NCBI RefSeq assembly: GCF_031412795.1
Contig: NZ_JANODR010000017.1
Span: 128,001-145,935, forward strand
Source: Archangium sp.
GTDB lineage: Bacteria; Myxococcota; Myxococcia; Myxococcales; Myxococcaceae
Direction of reading: 5' to 3'
DNA length: 17,935 bases
Shown here: piece by piece, positions 1-6,695 of the stretch
How the letters are laid out: each line of letters starts with the position of its first letter
Numbering within the stretch: position 1 is the first letter of the stretch
Notes under the pieces: model-generated
Database searches by the model: none
Seen by the model: the letters and a program-made list of their open reading frames with translations, nothing else
What the model was told of the DNA's origin: nothing
Made by a program: the position numbers and the translations under genes

Positions 1-602
1 AGACGTCGCCGCTTCAGCCCTCCAGCCCGTACTCAGCTTCCAAGACGAGCTCGGACCTGCTGGCGCTGGCCTGGCACCACACCTTCGGGATGGACGTGGT
101 GGTGACGCGCTGCTCCAACAATTACGGTCGCTACCAGTTCCCCGAGAAGCTCATCCCCCTCATGGTGGTCAACGCGCTGCACGACAAGCCGCTGCCCGTC
201 TACGGCGATGGCGCCAACGTGCGCGACTGGCTCCACGTGGAGGACCACTGCTCGGCGCTGCTCACCGCGCTGGAGAAGGGCAAGACCGGGCAGGTCTACA
301 ACATCGGTGGCAACTCCGAGCGCAAGAACATCGAGATCGTCAAGGCGATCCTCGGCCTGCTCGGCAAGCCCGAGTCCCTCATCAAGTTCGTGAAGGACCG
401 GCCGGGGCACGACCGGCGCTACGCCATCGACCCGACGAAGATCCGCACGGAGCTGGGCTGGACGCCCGCGCACACCTTCGAGCAGGGCCTCCAGGAGACG
501 GTGCGCTGGTACGTCGACAACGCCGCCTGGTGGGAGCGGGTGATGAGCGGCGCCTACCGCCAGTATTTCGAATCGCAGTACCGCAACCGCCTCAACGGCT
601 GA
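1..602 (+). CDS. rmlB: dTDP-glucose 4,6-dehydratase, C-terminal ~200 aa (5' end outside window)
   Basis: The frame is open from position 3. Its translation contains the catalytic YSASK (YxxxK) motif, followed by [23 protein letters not shown]...[19 protein letters not shown]. This is near-identical in pattern to enteric RfbB/RmlB. GC3 is very high, as expected for the true frame. The TGA stop is at 600-602. Confidence 0.93.
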   Translation, partial: TSPLQPSSPYSASKTSSDLLALAWHHTFGMDVVVTRCSNNYGRYQFPEKLIPLMVVNALHDKPLPVYGDGANVRDWLHVEDHCSALLTALEKGKTGQVYNIGGNSERKNIEIVKAILGLLGKPESLIKFVKDRPGHDRRYAIDPTKIRTELGWTPAHTFEQGLQETVRWYVDNAAWWERVMSGAYRQYFESQYRNRLNG

Positions 603-616
603 TGGGAGTGGCCGCC

Positions 617-1531
617 ATGCGAGTCCTCGTCACGGGTTCCAACGGGCTGGTGGGCAGCCGGGTGTGCACGCTCCTGGAGGCGCGTGGGCACTCGGTGATG
701 GGGCTGGGGCGGGGTCCCCGGCGCACGGGGGGCGGATACGGCTACGTGGAGTGCGATCTCACGCGCCCCCAGGACGTGGCCGAGGCCATCGAGTCCGCCG
801 CCCCCGAGGTCATCCTCCATCCCGCCTCCATGACGGAGGTGGACGCCTGCGAGAAGGACCCGCGGCAGGCGTACGAGGCCAACGTCAACGCCACGGCGGC
901 GGTGGCGCGGAGCGCGCGGAAGCTGGGCGCGCACCTGGTGCACGTATCCACCGACTACGTCTTCGACGGCGAGGCCGGCCCGTACGACGAGGAGGCGCTG
1001 CCCAACCCGCGCGGCGTCTACGCCACCACCAAGCACATGGCCGAGCAGGTGGCGCGGATCTTCGTGCCCGGGTGTGCCATCGCGCGCACGGCGGTGGTGT
1101 ACGGCTGGCCCGCGGCGGGCCGGGCCAACTTCGGCGCGTGGCTGGTGGGCGCGCTGGAGAAGGGCCAGCGGGTGAACCTCTTCGAGGATCAGTTCGTCTC
1201 CGCGAGCTTCGCCGACAGCGTGGCCGCCATGGTGGCGGAGCTGGGCGAGCGCAAGCTGGGCGGCATCTGGAACACCTGCGGCGCCGAGGTGGTGAGCCGT
1301 GTCCACTTCGGCCGCGCGCTGTGCGAGGTGTTCGGGTTCGACCCGGCGCTCATCAACCCCGTGCGCCTGGCCGACATGAAGCTGGCCAGCCCGCGCCCGC
1401 TGCGCAGCGGCCTGAAGGTGGACAAGGTGCGCGCCCGGTTGAGCGCCCAGCCCCTGAACCTCGCCGAGTCCTTGACCCGTTTTCACGCCACCTGGAAGGC
1501 CGGGCGCGGCACTGAGGAGAAGCAGTCATGA
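617..1531 (+). CDS. rmlD: dTDP-4-dehydrorhamnose reductase
   Basis: The N-terminal Rossmann motif is [27 protein letters not shown] (YxxxK) catalytic motif is present. A GGGAG Shine-Dalgarno lies 8 nt upstream of ATG 617. An alternative ATG at 602 overlaps the rmlB stop as TGATG. The ORF-track start at 530 would overlap rmlB by 73 nt and is unlikely. Confidence 0.88.
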   Translation: MRVLVTGSNGLVGSRVCTLLEARGHSVMGLGRGPRRTGGGYGYVECDLTRPQDVAEAIESAAPEVILHPASMTEVDACEKDPRQAYEANVNATAAVARSARKLGAHLVHVSTDYVFDGEAGPYDEEALPNPRGVYATTKHMAEQVARIFVPGCAIARTAVVYGWPAAGRANFGAWLVGALEKGQRVNLFEDQFVSASFADSVAAMVAELGERKLGGIWNTCGAEVVSRVHFGRALCEVFGFDPALINPVRLADMKLASPRPLRSGLKVDKVRARLSAQPLNLAESLTRFHATWKAGRGTEEKQS

Positions 1532-2409
1532 AGGGAATCGTTCTGGCCGGGGGCTCCGGCACGCGCCTGTACCCGCTGACGCGCGTCGTCAGCAAGCAGC
1601 TGCTGCCCGTCTTCGACAAGCCGATGATCTACTACCCGGTCACCACGCTGATGCTGGCGGGCATCCGGGACATCCTGATCATCTCCACCCCCACGGACCT
1701 GCCGCGCTTCGAGGAGCTGCTCGGCAGCGGCAAGCAGTGGGGCGTGAACTTCCAGTACGCGGTGCAGCCCAGCCCGGACGGGCTCGCGCAGGCCTTCATC
1801 ATCGGCCGCGAGTTCGTGGGCAAGGACCCTGTCTCCCTCATCCTCGGCGACAACATCTTCTACGGCCACGGCCTGAGCGAGCTGGTGCAGCGCGCGGCGA
1901 AGCGCGAGTCGGGCGCCACCGTCTTCGGCTACTACGTGAAGGATCCGGAGCGCTACGGCGTGGTGGAGCTGGACGCCCAGGGGCGCGCGCTGAGCCTCGA
2001 GGAGAAGCCGGCCCAGCCCAAGTCCCACTACGCCGTCACGGGCCTGTACTTCTACGACAACCAGGTCCTGGACATCGCGAAGGACCTCAAGCCCTCCAAG
2101 CGCGGCGAGCTGGAGATCACCGACGTCAACAGCACCTACCTGAGCAGGGATCAGCTCCAGGTGGAGCTGATGGGCCGCGGCTACGCGTGGCTGGACACCG
2201 GCACCCACGAGTCGCTCATGGAGGCCTCCAACTTCATCCAGATCATCGAGAACCGTCAGGGCCTCAAGGTGGCGTGCCCCGAGGAGATCGCCTGGCGCAT
2301 GGGCTACATCACCTCGGCGCAGGTGGCGGAGCTGGCGCACCCCATGCGCAAGAACGAGTACGGCCGCTACCTGCTCGACCTCATCGAGAACAAGGGAGCA
2401 CGCGGGTGA
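1528..2409 (+). CDS. rmlA: glucose-1-phosphate thymidylyltransferase
   Basis: [18 protein letters not shown]...[16 protein letters not shown]...[10 protein letters not shown] is the canonical RmlA signature. The ATG overlaps the rmlD stop as ATGA. A GAGGAGA SD lies 7 nt upstream. Confidence 0.95.
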   Translation: MKGIVLAGGSGTRLYPLTRVVSKQLLPVFDKPMIYYPVTTLMLAGIRDILIISTPTDLPRFEELLGSGKQWGVNFQYAVQPSPDGLAQAFIIGREFVGKDPVSLILGDNIFYGHGLSELVQRAAKRESGATVFGYYVKDPERYGVVELDAQGRALSLEEKPAQPKSHYAVTGLYFYDNQVLDIAKDLKPSKRGELEITDVNSTYLSRDQLQVELMGRGYAWLDTGTHESLMEASNFIQIIENRQGLKVACPEEIAWRMGYITSAQVAELAHPMRKNEYGRYLLDLIENKGARG

Positions 2410-2957
2410 AGATCTCCGAGACGGAGCTGCCCGGCGTCCTCCTGCTCGAGCCCAAGCGGTTTGGTGACGATCGCGGCTTCTTCGTGGAGCTGTTCCATGC
2501 GAAGCGCTACACCGAGGCCGGCATCCCCGGCCCCTTCGTGCAGGACAACTTCTCGCGCTCGGCGAAGGGGATTCTGCGCGGGCTGCACTTCCAGCAGCCC
2601 CACGCGCAGGGCAAGCTGGTGCAGGTGTTCGCGGGCGCCGTCTACGATGTGGCGGTGGACATCCGCCGAGGCTCGCCCACCTTCGGCAAGTGGGTGGGGG
2701 TGGAGCTGAGCGCGGACAACCGGCGCCAGCTCTGGGTGCCGGCGGGCTTCGCGCACGGCTTCTGCGTCCTCTCCGAGAGCGCGGACTTCCATTACAAGTG
2801 CACGGAGCTCTACTCGCCCGCCTCCGAGCACGGCATCGCCTGGAACGACCCGGACCTGGGCATCCCCTGGCCGGTGAAGTCGCCGCTGCTGTCGCCCAAG
2901 GACTCGGCCGCACCGCGTCTCAAGGACGCGCCGGTGCTGCCTGACTACATGGGCTAG
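2406..2957 (+). CDS. rmlC: dTDP-4-dehydrorhamnose 3,5-epimerase
   Basis: Translation from GTG 2406 is [26 protein letters not shown]...[20 protein letters not shown], the RmlC cupin signature. The start overlaps the rmlA stop as GTGA. The upstream part of the long ORF 1737-2957 is an overlapping-frame artefact. Confidence 0.9.
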   Translation: MKISETELPGVLLLEPKRFGDDRGFFVELFHAKRYTEAGIPGPFVQDNFSRSAKGILRGLHFQQPHAQGKLVQVFAGAVYDVAVDIRRGSPTFGKWVGVELSADNRRQLWVPAGFAHGFCVLSESADFHYKCTELYSPASEHGIAWNDPDLGIPWPVKSPLLSPKDSAAPRLKDAPVLPDYMG

Positions 2958-2970
2958 CCTCCACGCGAGG

Positions 2971-2994
2971 GCCGGGGATGCCACCCCCCCCGGC
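2971..2994 (+). terminator. GC-only stem-loop 14 nt after the rmlC stop (7-bp stem GCCGGGG/CCCCGGC, 10-nt loop). It contains an 8-C homopolymer and has no U-tract.
   Basis: Read directly from the sequence: gccgggg-atgccacccc-ccccggc. It lies immediately downstream of the rmlC stop and 87 bp before the hydrolase start. This may be an intrinsic terminator of the high-GC type that lacks a T-run, or an attenuator. Confidence 0.3.
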
Positions 2995-3080
2995 TCCCAG
3001 GCGAGCGTGGACACCGGGCCACGGCATGTTCACGCCTTCTTCGATGTGAGAAAGGTTGCCGTCCAGGCCCGGGGGCGCCG

Positions 3081-4190
3081 ATGCTCCCTCAGGCTCTCGC
3101 GATGGCCCGCTCGCTTCCACACGCGTCAGTGTTGCTGCTGTTCGCCTTGCTCGCCACGGGCTGCGCCTCGACGTCTGGCGCCCGAGTCGACGCCAGGTCT
3201 CAGCCCGTGCGCATCCAGACGGACGACGGCTGGACGCTGGCCATGCGGCACATCACCCCCGAGGGGCCGGTGCGCGGCCGTCCCGTGCTGCTCATCCCGG
3301 GGCTGGCCTCCAGCGACGTGAGCCTGGTGTTGGATCCGGATCACAGCCTCGCCCTCTGGCTGGCGGCCCATGGGCGCGAGGTGTGGACGGTGGCGCTGCG
3401 GGGCACGGGCGACTCGGACCATGCCAACCCGGCCGAGGGGCGCCGCTCCGGCTATGGCTTCGACACCCTCTGGCGCGAGGACTTCCGCGCGGCCCTGCGC
3501 ACTGTGCGCCAGAGCACCGGCGCCGAGGAGGTGGACGTCGTCGCCTACAGCCTGGGGGCGCTGGTCCTCTACGCCTACCTCGCCGAGGAGGGGGACGGGG
3601 TGGGCGCGGCGGTGGCCCTGGCTGGACCCACGCGGTTGGATCGCGTCGGGCCCTGGCTGAAGGCACTCGTGAAGGTGAGCGATCGCTTCGTGAAGCGCGA
3701 GGACACGCTCGACATGGGCTTTTTGTCCTCGCTGACGGCGCCGGTGCAGGCGTACCTCCGGGGCAACCCGGTGGAGCGCATCGCCCTGGATACGCGCAAC
3801 ACGCCGCGCGAGCGGTGGAAACGCTTCGCGACCCAGGTCTTCGGCGAGCTGTCCGGGGGCGTGGTGAGGGACCTCATCCGCATGGTGCGCACCGGGCGCT
3901 TCACCAGCTCGGACGGGAGCCGGGACTACCGCGCGGGCCTCGCGCGCGTGCGCGTGCCCGTGCTGGTGATGGCGGGGGAGGGCGACCAGGTGGCGCCCGT
4001 GAGCGCGGTGCGGGATGGCTACCTCGCGTTGGGAGGCCCCAAGGCGTGGCGCCTGCTGGGCACCACGGAGGGGCTCGCGGTGGACTACGGCCACGTGGAC
4101 GTCGTCATCGGCGAGCGCGCTCCCTATGAGGTGTGGGCGCCCCTGCTGGAGTTCCTCGACCGCGCCGCCGCTGGCCGCGCCATCCAGTGA
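3081..4190 (+). CDS. lipoprotein alpha/beta-fold hydrolase (esterase/lipase-like)
   Basis: The N-terminus MLPQALAMARSLPHASVLLLFALLATGCAS is a signal peptide with the lipobox LATGC. The ATG at 3102 is an alternative start. The nucleophile elbow is VAYSLGALV. An acid residue lies in the AGEGDQVAP segment and a His in YGHVDVV, consistent with a Ser-Asp-His triad in canonical order. Confidence 0.75.
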   Translation: MLPQALAMARSLPHASVLLLFALLATGCASTSGARVDARSQPVRIQTDDGWTLAMRHITPEGPVRGRPVLLIPGLASSDVSLVLDPDHSLALWLAAHGREVWTVALRGTGDSDHANPAEGRRSGYGFDTLWREDFRAALRTVRQSTGAEEVDVVAYSLGALVLYAYLAEEGDGVGAAVALAGPTRLDRVGPWLKALVKVSDRFVKREDTLDMGFLSSLTAPVQAYLRGNPVERIALDTRNTPRERWKRFATQVFGELSGGVVRDLIRMVRTGRFTSSDGSRDYRAGLARVRVPVLVMAGEGDQVAPVSAVRDGYLALGGPKAWRLLGTTEGLAVDYGHVDVVIGERAPYEVWAPLLEFLDRAAAGRAIQ

Positions 4191-4204
4191 CGGACTGGGA
4201 GCCG

Positions 4205-4228
4205 CTGCCCCGATTGCTCGTGGGGCAG
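4205..4228 (+). terminator. stem-loop 15 nt after the hydrolase stop (7-bp stem CTGCCCC/GGGGCAG, 10-nt loop), no U-tract
   Basis: Read directly from the sequence: ctgcccc-gattgctcgt-ggggcag. It has the same 7/10/7 geometry as the hairpin after rmlC. It lies in the 126-bp gap before yihY. Confidence 0.33.
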
Positions 4229-4305
4229 GCAGGCGGTCGTGAGGCCCTGGAATGTTTCGGGCTGGGGTAGACCTACAGAGTGCGCATCCTTTGCCTGTCA
4301 CCAGC

Positions 4306-4312
4306 AAGGAGG
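4306..4312 (+). promoter_or_regulatory. Shine-Dalgarno AAGGAGG for yihY
   Basis: A perfect 7-mer complementary to the 16S 3' end lies 4 nt upstream of ATG 4317. Confidence 0.6.
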
Positions 4313-4316
4313 CGTG

Positions 4317-5354
4317 ATGGTACTCCCGGGCAAGGGGATGAGCTGGAAGGAGTTCTTCACCGAGCTGAAGAACGAGTACAAGGCCGACAAGGTGAGCAAC
4401 GTGGCGGGGGCGGTGACGTTCTTCGCCGTGCTGGCGCTGTTCCCTTTCCTCCTGTTCCTCGTCGCGCTGGCGAGCCTCGTCATCGATCCGGGGCAGGCCG
4501 AGGGGCTCATCAAGGAGCTGGGCCGGGTGGCGCCGGAGGCGGTGACGGAGATCATCGGCCAGCGTCTGAGGGACCTGGCGGCGGGCAACAACGTGGGGCT
4601 GCTGACGGTCGGTGCGTTGGGCGCCATCTGGGCGGCCTCGGGCGGAGTGGTTGCGCTGATGGACGCGCTCAACACCGTCTATGACGTGGAGGAGTCCCGT
4701 CCCTTCTGGAAGGTGCGCGGCCTCGCCATCCTGGTGACAATTGGTGGCGCGGCGCTCTCCATCATCGCCTCGCTGGCCATCGTGGCCATGCCGGCCGTCA
4801 CCAGGTTCCTGGGTGAGCCGCTCGGCACCGTGGTGATGTGGCTGCGCCTGCCCTTCGCGGGCCTGGTGATGATGCTGGTGTGGGCGCTCGTCTACTACCT
4901 GCTGCCGGACGTGAAGCAGTCGTTCAAGTTCATCTCGCCCGGCTCGGTGGTGGGCGTCGTCGTCTGGTTGCTCGCGTCCTGGGCCTTCTCGGTGTACGTG
5001 CGCAACTTCGGCAGCTACGACGCGAACTACGGCGCGCTCGGCGGCGTCATCGTGATGCTCCTGTGGATGTGGATCTCCGCGCAGGTCATCCTGCTGGGGG
5101 CGGAGATCAACGCGGTGCTCGAGCACAAGTCGCCCGAGGGCAAGGGGCCGGGCGACAGGAAGCCGGGCCAGGGGGGGCCCACCATGACCAAGGGCCAGAA
5201 GCGGGAGCAGGAGCAGAAGGAACTGGATGAGCGCCTGCGTCCCCAGCTTCCGCCGCGTCCCGAGCCGGCCCGGATGACGCCGCTGGGAGCGGCGGCCACG
5301 TGGGCCTCGGGCTTCGGACTGGGCGTCTTCCTGCTGCGCCGGTTCAACCGCTAG
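4317..5354 (+). CDS. yihY: YihY/BrkB-family inner-membrane protein (formerly annotated 'ribonuclease BN-like')
   Basis: An AAGGAGG SD at 4306-4312 lies 4 nt before ATG 4317. NVAGAVTFFAVLALFPFLLFLVA plus multiple further TM helices are typical of the YihY/virulence-factor BrkB family. The C-terminus carries an unusual extension: a K/E/Q-rich charged linker followed by a terminal hydrophobic stretch. Confidence 0.85.
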   Translation: MVLPGKGMSWKEFFTELKNEYKADKVSNVAGAVTFFAVLALFPFLLFLVALASLVIDPGQAEGLIKELGRVAPEAVTEIIGQRLRDLAAGNNVGLLTVGALGAIWAASGGVVALMDALNTVYDVEESRPFWKVRGLAILVTIGGAALSIIASLAIVAMPAVTRFLGEPLGTVVMWLRLPFAGLVMMLVWALVYYLLPDVKQSFKFISPGSVVGVVVWLLASWAFSVYVRNFGSYDANYGALGGVIVMLLWMWISAQVILLGAEINAVLEHKSPEGKGPGDRKPGQGGPTMTKGQKREQEQKELDERLRPQLPPRPEPARMTPLGAAATWASGFGLGVFLLRRFNR

Positions 5355-5373
5355 CCAGGGGCGGGCGAGGGTG

Positions 5374-5862
5374 ATGGATTCGCGCTCCATGACTCCTTCT
5401 TCCGAGCACGAGGCCCTCGCCCGGGTGCGCAACCTGGCGCGGTTGCTGGACACCTCCATTCCGCTGCCGGGAGGCATCCGCATCGGGTGGGACGCGGTGA
5501 TCGGCCTCATTCCAGGTCTGGGGGACGGGGTGGGGGCCCTGTTCTCCGCCTATATCGTCCTGCAGGCCGTGCGTCTGGGCGCCTCGCGCGAGGTGCTGGT
5601 GCGCATGGTGGGGAACGTGGCGCTCGAGGCGCTGATGGGCGCGGTGCCCTTGCTCGGTGACATCTTCGACGCGGCCTTCAAGGCCAACGTGCGCAACGTG
5701 CGTCTGATCGAGGAGCACCTGGCGACGCCTGACACCACGCGTCGTGCCAGCCGCGCTTGGGTCGTTGGGGTATTGGGGGTGCTCCTGCTGCTGTTCTCGG
5801 TGGCGATGGTGCTCGCGGGGTTGGCCGTGCGCGCGCTCTTCTCCGCGCTCAGCACGGGCTGA
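5374..5862 (+). CDS. DUF4112-family small membrane protein
   Basis: IPLPGGIRIGWDAVIGLIPGLGDGVGALFSAYIV...AVPLLGDIFDAAFKANVRN matches my recollection of the DUF4112 pattern. The start is 16-20 nt after the yihY stop, so it is probably co-transcribed. The start codon is ambiguous: GTG 5371, ATG 5374 or ATG 5389. Confidence 0.68.
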   Translation: MDSRSMTPSSEHEALARVRNLARLLDTSIPLPGGIRIGWDAVIGLIPGLGDGVGALFSAYIVLQAVRLGASREVLVRMVGNVALEALMGAVPLLGDIFDAAFKANVRNVRLIEEHLATPDTTRRASRAWVVGVLGVLLLLFSVAMVLAGLAVRALFSALSTG

Positions 5863-5897
5863 GCGCGTGAAGCGGCAGGGGCTGACACGCTGGTGCG

Positions 5898-6296
5898 CTA
5901 GACGTGCTTCAGCCACTGGCGGAGGAGCTTCTCGAAGGCGGAGCGTTTCGCGTCAATGTCTTTCAAGTCGCGAAACTTCACCGACGCCCGGTCCTTGGCG
6001 AGCCATTCGAGGAGCGAGTCGGGATCGGAGATCGCGATGCCCGTGGTCGCGGTGTCTCGCGTCTTCGCCCCCAGGTGCAGGATGAGCTGCACACCCTCCT
6101 TCGCGCGAAGCTGAAAGGTCGCGAAGTACTCCGAGGTATGGAAGCTCGGCGCGTTCCACTTGATGCCCTCGGCGATCTGGGGATCCGCACCGAGGATGAT
6201 CTGCCTGAGGGCGAGAATCTCTTGCTTGAACGGGTGCTCGAGCGACGCGAGGAAGGCCTCGACGCTCTCAGGCGTGGACGCACGGGACTTCGCCAC
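5898..6296 (-). CDS. DUF1801 (YdhG-like) domain protein
   Basis: The C-terminal translation ...FLASLEHPFKQEILALRQIILGADPQIAEGIKWNAPSFHTSEYFATFQLRAKEGVQLILHLG... resembles the YdhG/DUF1801 family. A GTG start at 6296 is preceded by a GAGGAGGTG SD. The 457-aa ORF-track version (to 7271) is an N-terminal artefact that runs through the yciI-like gene and into the antisense strand of the kinase gene. Confidence 0.68.
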   Translation of the reverse strand: MAKSRASTPESVEAFLASLEHPFKQEILALRQIILGADPQIAEGIKWNAPSFHTSEYFATFQLRAKEGVQLILHLGAKTRDTATTGIAISDPDSLLEWLAKDRASVKFRDLKDIDAKRSAFEKLLRQWLKHV

Positions 6297-6307
6297 GATG
6301 CACCTCC

Positions 6308-6622
6308 TCAGACGCCAGCGGGACGCGCCGGGCGGGCGAGGGTGGGGCCCATGGGGATGAGCTCGTGGCGCCCGACCGCCTTGGCGGGGTCGCGCTCGAG
6401 CAGGCGGCGGAGTTCGTCCACCGACTCCGCCTCGAACACGGCCATTCCGAAGGGGCCCGCGGGATCGAGCACCGGGCCCGCCGCGACCAGCGTGCCGGCC
6501 GTGAGCTGACCCTGGAGGAACGCACCATGCGCGCCCATGATCGCCTGTTCGTCGGCGGTCATGGACATCACGAAGTTGGGACGATTGGGGACGAGGCGAA
6601 CGAAGAAGAAGCTGGAGGGCAT
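6308..6622 (-). CDS. YciI-like (Dabb-fold) small protein
   Basis: MPSSFFFVRLVPNRPNFVMSMTADEQAIMGAHGAFLQGQLTAGTLVAAGPVLDP... has YciI-family length (104 aa) and pattern. Its stop lies 11 nt from the DUF1801 start, with that gene's SD overlapping, so this is a two-gene operon. Confidence 0.72.
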   Translation of the reverse strand: MPSSFFFVRLVPNRPNFVMSMTADEQAIMGAHGAFLQGQLTAGTLVAAGPVLDPAGPFGMAVFEAESVDELRRLLERDPAKAVGRHELIPMGPTLARPARPAGV

Positions 6623-6695
6623 GGAACCAATCTACCACCGCCGCTCCGGCAGGTGCCCGATTGACGGCACGCGGCGGGCATGACACGCCCAGAGC

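Noticed and set aside
530-616. Upstream extension of rmlD (ORF-track start 530)
   Set aside because: It would overlap rmlB by 73 nt. The Rossmann beta1 begins at MRVLVTG (ATG 617), which has its own SD.
1483-2913. 476-aa minus ORF antisense to rmlA/rmlC, and 1737-2957 plus ORF overlapping rmlA
   Set aside because: The antisense ORF is an out-of-frame artefact, and only the 3' portion of 1737-2957 (from GTG 2406) is real as rmlC. The real rmlA and rmlC frames carry canonical motifs.
2984-2991. C8 homopolymer as a phase-variation switch
   Set aside because: It is intergenic and not positioned between a -35/-10 pair or inside a reading frame. Slipped-strand phase variation is not an established mechanism in this kind of genome. 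It is kept only as part of the hairpin observation.
3126-5510. 794-aa minus-strand ORF spanning the hydrolase, yihY and DUF4112 genes
   Set aside because: This is a GC-driven antisense shadow frame. Its translation is low-complexity Arg/Gly/His/Pro-rich with no recognisable domains. The plus-strand genes have clear family signatures, an SD sequence and strong GC3 bias.
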